The notes beneath the pieces are model-generated. The model was given only the letters and a program-made list of their open reading frames with translations, did not search any database and was not told where the DNA came from. DNA of 64,000 nucleotides from the NCBI GenBank assembly GCA_965248435.1, contig OZ252100.1, forward strand, positions 5,280,001 to 5,344,000, in the 5' to 3' direction. Numbering within the stretch: the first letter of the stretch is position 1; each line of letters starts with the position of its first letter. The DNA comes from Candidatus Latescibacterota bacterium (GTDB taxonomy: Bacteria > Latescibacterota > UBA2968 > GCA-2709665). Shown in pieces: positions 60,114-64,000 of the stretch. The position numbers and the translations under genes were made by a program.

Positions 60114-61079
60114 GCAGCACTGCCTATCAATTGCGTTCAAGACATCCTGTTGCAGTCTCTCTAAATCCGGGTCTTTCCAATCTTTGGTCTTTACGTGATC
60201 CCGAATGGACGAATCACAGAATGGAGTTTCACGCAGTTTCTCTAAGGCTTCTAAACAACGGCCTTCGTCATTAGCAAGTTCCGTCAAAACAAACTCCCGA
60301 TGCTCGGCTAGAAAGTAGGTTTCAAATTCTCGAGTCTTTTCACACAGTCCTCTGAGTTTCCCGCGACCTTCTTTTGAATCTGGCACTCCGTAGTTCAGAT
60401 TTGTCCTGCAATACTCGAAGAGTGAAGTGAGGTAGGCTCCCCACTCATGCGGTAGATGTTCTGGATGCTCCCGTAGCAGATCCGCTTTACTGGTCAGATA
60501 CTGTCCCGATGATCGGGCAGTGAGTGCAGTGGCTGCCCAAGAAATCGCTCTTACCAAGTCCTTAGTAGTGCCTTCGCTGCCTTGGTTGTTTCCGCGATTT
60601 GTGTTGTACCCGTAGAATTCACCAGAGGCATTCGGGAAGTCCATCGGGACCTTGGCGACCCCTGGTCGTCCGAACAAATGGCAGATCAGCCAGGAGCCCG
60701 CGTACATCCGTTCACGAATCCACTCGCGGATCGACATTACAGCAAGCTGGTCTCGAACCTCGTCTCCATATACCAAGACGCTATTCAGTTTCAGGGCCGG
60801 TCTAACCTTCTGATTCCTGCAAACAAGCTCAAGATCCAACTCCATTGGACTGGATTGATCTAGGTTCGCCGTCAATTCCAAAGCCATTTGCCGGTCCTTC
60901 TCGCTGACGACGTCCCCCAAGATGATCACCAAATCCAAGTCGCTGCCGGGAACGACATAGTCTGCAGCGTAGCTCCCCTCCGCGTAAATTGCATCGATTC
61001 GGTTGGGGAACGCTATCGTGAACGCGTCAGCTATATCAGCGATTACGTCTTTGACGTCTTGGAGGTTTGTGTAAACCAA
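60108..61079 (-). CDS. Nucleotidyltransferase-domain protein
   Basis: GSYA...SDLDL pol-beta-type motif plus helical C-terminal domain. Confidence 0.8.
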   Translation of the reverse strand: MVYTNLQDVKDVIADIADAFTIAFPNRIDAIYAEGSYAADYVVPGSDLDLVIILGDVVSEKDRQMALELTANLDQSSPMELDLELVCRNQKVRPALKLNSVLVYGDEVRDQLAVMSIREWIRERMYAGSWLICHLFGRPGVAKVPMDFPNASGEFYGYNTNRGNNQGSEGTTKDLVRAISWAATALTARSSGQYLTSKADLLREHPEHLPHEWGAYLTSLFEYCRTNLNYGVPDSKEGRGKLRGLCEKTREFETYFLAEHREFVLTELANDEGRCLEALEKLRETPFCDSSIRDHVKTKDWKDPDLERLQQDVLNAIDRQCCV

Positions 61080-61100
61080 GTGCTATCCTTGCAGTGTTGC

Positions 61101-61119
61101 ATTTAACGTTCTCGGCACC
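61101..61119 (-). other. Partial attC cut by an IS
   Basis: GGTGCCGAGAAC-GTTAAAT; core identical to the right end of the 54833 site. Confidence 0.75.
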
Positions 61120-61437
61120 TGACCTGCCCCCACCTATGTATCCAGATCCAGAGTTAGGATGCGGTTGCGACTAGCCCGATTCGAGCTCTTTCAGGCGCCG
61201 GGCCTGATCGACTTCCATTCCGCCGTATTCACGGCGCCAACGGTAGTAGGTCTGCTCGCTGATGCCGAGATGGCGGGCAGCCTCACCGATGGTCTTGCCC
61301 TCGGAGATGAGGATCTCCGCTTGCCGGAGGTGCCCGATGATCTGCTCTGCGGTATAACGCTTCCTGGCCATAATGACCCCTTTCTGGTTACCCATATCCT
61401 AACTCTAGGAATGGGAACAATCCAGGGGGTCAGGTCA
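61120..61437 (-). mobile_element. Internally deleted IS3-family (IS407-like) mini-element
   Basis: Both IRs present (TGACCTG.CCCC...AGAGTTAGGAT) around a truncated orfA MARKRYTAEQII...ISEQTYYRWR. Confidence 0.85.
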
Positions 61438-62222
61438 GGAGTTCAAGATACACATCACAGGGTGTCTTTCGCAAGTCTTTCTGGTAAGCCGGTAGAAGCC
61501 ACCTTCGACGGAGGCATCCTGACCAGCGACAGCGGGGTGCTGCTGCTTCGTGAGGTGGAGGCCAGAACCGGGATTTTGCATAGGATGGTTGCGGCGCTCA
61601 CGGATCGCCGACATCAAAGTTACGTACATCATTCGATGACGGACCTGATCAAACAACGTGTGTTTCAGATGGCCTGTGGCTATGAGGATGCGAACGATTG
61701 CAATACGTTGCGCGAGGACCCCGGCTTCAAGGCGGCCTGTGATCGGTTGCCGCTTTCCGGTGCGGATCTGGCCAGTCAGCCCACGATGAGTCGGTTCGAG
61801 AACCGGATCAGCAGAACCGATTTGTATCGGATCGCCAAGGCCTTTGCGGATGTGTTTGTCGCCTCGTATGAGGAACCGCCCGAAGCCATTCTGTTGGATA
61901 TCGATGACACGGAAGACAAGGTGTATGGGTCTCAACAGTTGTCGTTGTTCAATGCGTATTTCAATGGCTATTGCTACCAGCCCCTGCATATCTATGAAGG
62001 CCAGACGGGCAAGTTGATCACGACGGTCTTGCGTCCTGGCAGGCGGCCCACGGGTAAAGAGATCGTCACCATCCTCAAACGGGTGATCGCCTACCTGCGC
62101 CGCGCCTGGCCCGACGTGGCGATCCTGTTGCGCGGCGATGCGCATTTTTCTTGCCCCGAAGTTCATACGTTGTGTGAGGAAGAAGATGTGTATTTTGTCT
62201 TTGGACAAAACGGCAACGCCAA
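61438..62222 (+). pseudogene. IS1380-family transposase fragment
   Basis: FDGGILTSDSG, GYEDAND, LASQPTMSRFEN, LDIDDT, LRGD; truncated at both ends. Confidence 0.9.
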
Positions 62223-62225
62223 TTC

Positions 62226-62777
62226 CCAGTCAAGGTCGTAGAGGATACCTCGAGTCGAATCTCCGTCTACATCGCTCCCGGGACGCCATTCATGGCACCA
62301 GCCTGTAGTCGCGATGAGCATTTGTTTACAATTGCCAGCCGAAGGTGGCGGCTCAAAGAGGAAACATGGTTTGACCAGCCCATGCTCTGGACTTCAATGC
62401 CTGGAGAATCCTGCTCGATCTGGACGATCTGGCAGGGTGCGGACTGGCAACATTGGGGATGGAAGGTGAACCCAGAAACCCCTTGGAGGCGGACCAGCAT
62501 TGGATTCGATACTGCCGACCTTGTGCTTGATGCCGTCATCGAACCTGATTTCAAATCCTGGTCTTGGAAAGATGAAGAGGAGTTAGATGAAGCGCAGAGC
62601 CTCGGATTACTGACCCTGGATGAAGTTGCTTCGGTTCGTGATGTAGCAAACCGTGTTCTGCGGCGGGTTCTCGATAGCGAGCAGGAGCAGGTTAGAGCGT
62701 GGGCTAGTTGGCGCCCAGATCCAGATTGGGACATTCCCGAGTTGGCACCTGGATGGGAGACTCCTGATCTAGCATAG
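62226..62777 (+). pseudogene. DUF402-like protein, 5'-truncated
   Basis: PVKVVEDT...APGT, WKVN.E.P, DT.DLVLD, WKDEEEL. Confidence 0.7.
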
Positions 62778-62822
62778 TGAAGCGTTCTTCGTGAATGCGC
62801 GACAATACAAAGGATTTTGTCT

Positions 62823-63386
62823 ATGGAAAATTCTGTGTTACGACCTTGGAAGACTTTATCACGGCGAACTATCTTGAAACACGGTAGATTTCTTACCGTC
62901 GAGAGTCATACAGTGGAGTGGCCTGATGGTCAGGTGATCTCTGATTGGCCGTGGATAATCGCGCCGGATGCTGTGATTGTTCTCGCAGAGACGGCAGACA
63001 ACAGATTCCTTTGCTTCAGGCAGACGAAATACGCCGTGGAAGGCTCATCACTAGCGCCTGTTGGAGGCATGGTAGAAAAGGGCGAGATTCCGCTCGATGC
63101 AGCAAAGCGAGAGTTGTTGGAGGAAACTGGGTTCGAGTCACAAGATTGGATGCCTCTTGGCAGCTACAAAGTCGATCCTAACCGTGGAATCGGGGTCAGG
63201 CATCTGTTCCTGGCGCGCAATGCACAGAAGGTAGCCGAGCCAAATAGCGATGACTTGGAAGACCAGCAACTCCTATTTCTAACTCGGTCAGACTTGCAGG
63301 CAGCCCTGGAAGCAAATGATTTTAAGGTACTATCGTGGACCACAGTCGTAGCATTGGCTTTACATCACCTGAACCAGAAAAGCTGA
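62823..63386 (+). CDS. NUDIX hydrolase (ADP-ribose pyrophosphatase-like)
   Basis: GGMVEKGE...AAKRELLEETG. Confidence 0.9.
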   Translation: MENSVLRPWKTLSRRTILKHGRFLTVESHTVEWPDGQVISDWPWIIAPDAVIVLAETADNRFLCFRQTKYAVEGSSLAPVGGMVEKGEIPLDAAKRELLEETGFESQDWMPLGSYKVDPNRGIGVRHLFLARNAQKVAEPNSDDLEDQQLLFLTRSDLQAALEANDFKVLSWTTVVALALHHLNQKS

Positions 63387-63415
63387 TAAAATCCAACAGC
63401 TGAGTAGGATCAAAT

Positions 63416-64000
63416 ATGATTCCGATGCACGAGGCCAATCGTCGAATCTGGGATGAGCAGGCCACAACGTGGGAAGACCGCCTCAATCGCAGCGATCGGT
63501 GGCGAAGGTGTCACAAGGAACCGGAATTGGCTTTTGAGGGCGCGACTCTAGAGACAATTCGAGAGATGGTTGGAGATCTCTGCGGCAAGCAGGTGTGCAT
63601 CATTGGCAGTGGAGATAACCTCGCGGCCTACGCCCTCGCAGGGTTAGGGGCAGAGGTGATTTCGACAGACATCTCTGAGCAGCGATTGAACCTGGCCGCG
63701 GGCCGGGCTGAGCAGCTCGGTTTGTCGATCGATTTTGTTCGTGCGGATGCTGCATCTCTAGAGTTCGCAGGCGACTCGACCTTTGATCTTGTTTGCTCCA
63801 CGAATGGCTTTTTTGTATGGATTGCTGATGTCGCTGCAGTTTTCCGCGAAGTGTCGAGAATACTGAAGCCGGGAGGAGCCTACGTTTTCTACGACATCCA
63901 TCCGTTCATGCGCCCGTGGAAAGATCAAGAAAAGCCTATTGAAATGGAGAAGCCTTACTGGGAGACCGGACCATTTCGAGTGTCGGAGGAGGAATCTTAC
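63416..64000 (+). CDS. Class I SAM methyltransferase (3' end runs off the window)
   Basis: Manual translation from ATG 63416: IIGSGDN, TDISE, FDLV, RILKPGG.Y.FYDIHPF. Confidence 0.85.
   Translation, partial: MIPMHEANRRIWDEQATTWEDRLNRSDRWRRCHKEPELAFEGATLETIREMVGDLCGKQVCIIGSGDNLAAYALAGLGAEVISTDISEQRLNLAAGRAEQLGLSIDFVRADAASLEFAGDSTFDLVCSTNGFFVWIADVAAVFREVSRILKPGGAYVFYDIHPFMRPWKDQEKPIEMEKPYWETGPFRVSEEESY

Noticed and set aside
61159-62241. 360-aa ORF as one intact gene
   Set aside because: Chimera of antisense mini-IS3 sequence and an IS1380 fragment
34190-64000. Integron integrase (intI) or attI
   Set aside because: No tyrosine recombinase ORF in the window

Overview
Bacterial chromosomal window, diderm host (Omp85 protein, DsbD, lipoprotein). 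The gene style resembles FCB/Latescibacterota-type marine lineages, but that is inference only. 1-12.7 kb and 27.3-34 kb are housekeeping-type genes (dsbD, LysR, GT2, accD, aroQ, HtrA, ThDP enzyme, M28 peptidase, NMNAT-like, sucD, rpiA, peptidase/PD40/Omp85). 12.9-27.3 kb is a mirror-symmetric sigma54 signalling island. It holds three enhancer-binding proteins (one intact REC type, one without a regulatory domain, one pseudogene), three -24/-12 promoter candidates, twin palindromic enhancer-like sites and a structured sRNA candidate. Its other genes encode a ZU5-like lipoprotein ending in a PIDD-like GFSWY motif plus a Cys-bridged tail, two paralogous stand-alone TPR proteins, a Ser/Thr kinase-STAND ATPase-TPR protein, a histidine kinase and Zn-ribbon-TPR / Zn-ribbon-FHA proteins; an IS30 is inserted in it. 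34-64 kb is a decaying integron-like cassette region without an integrase in the window. It has attC-like sites on the + strand (35.9-42.3 kb) and a homogeneous attC family on the - strand (54.8-61.1 kb), where three cassettes are bounded by unusually long 17-18 bp inverted repeats. It also carries two ECF sigma fusions (FliG_C-like and ankyrin), a 6-kb Ig-repeat autotransporter fused behind an IS end, a serine recombinase remnant and many IS3/IS256/IS1380 pieces. No rRNA, tRNA or CRISPR array was seen.
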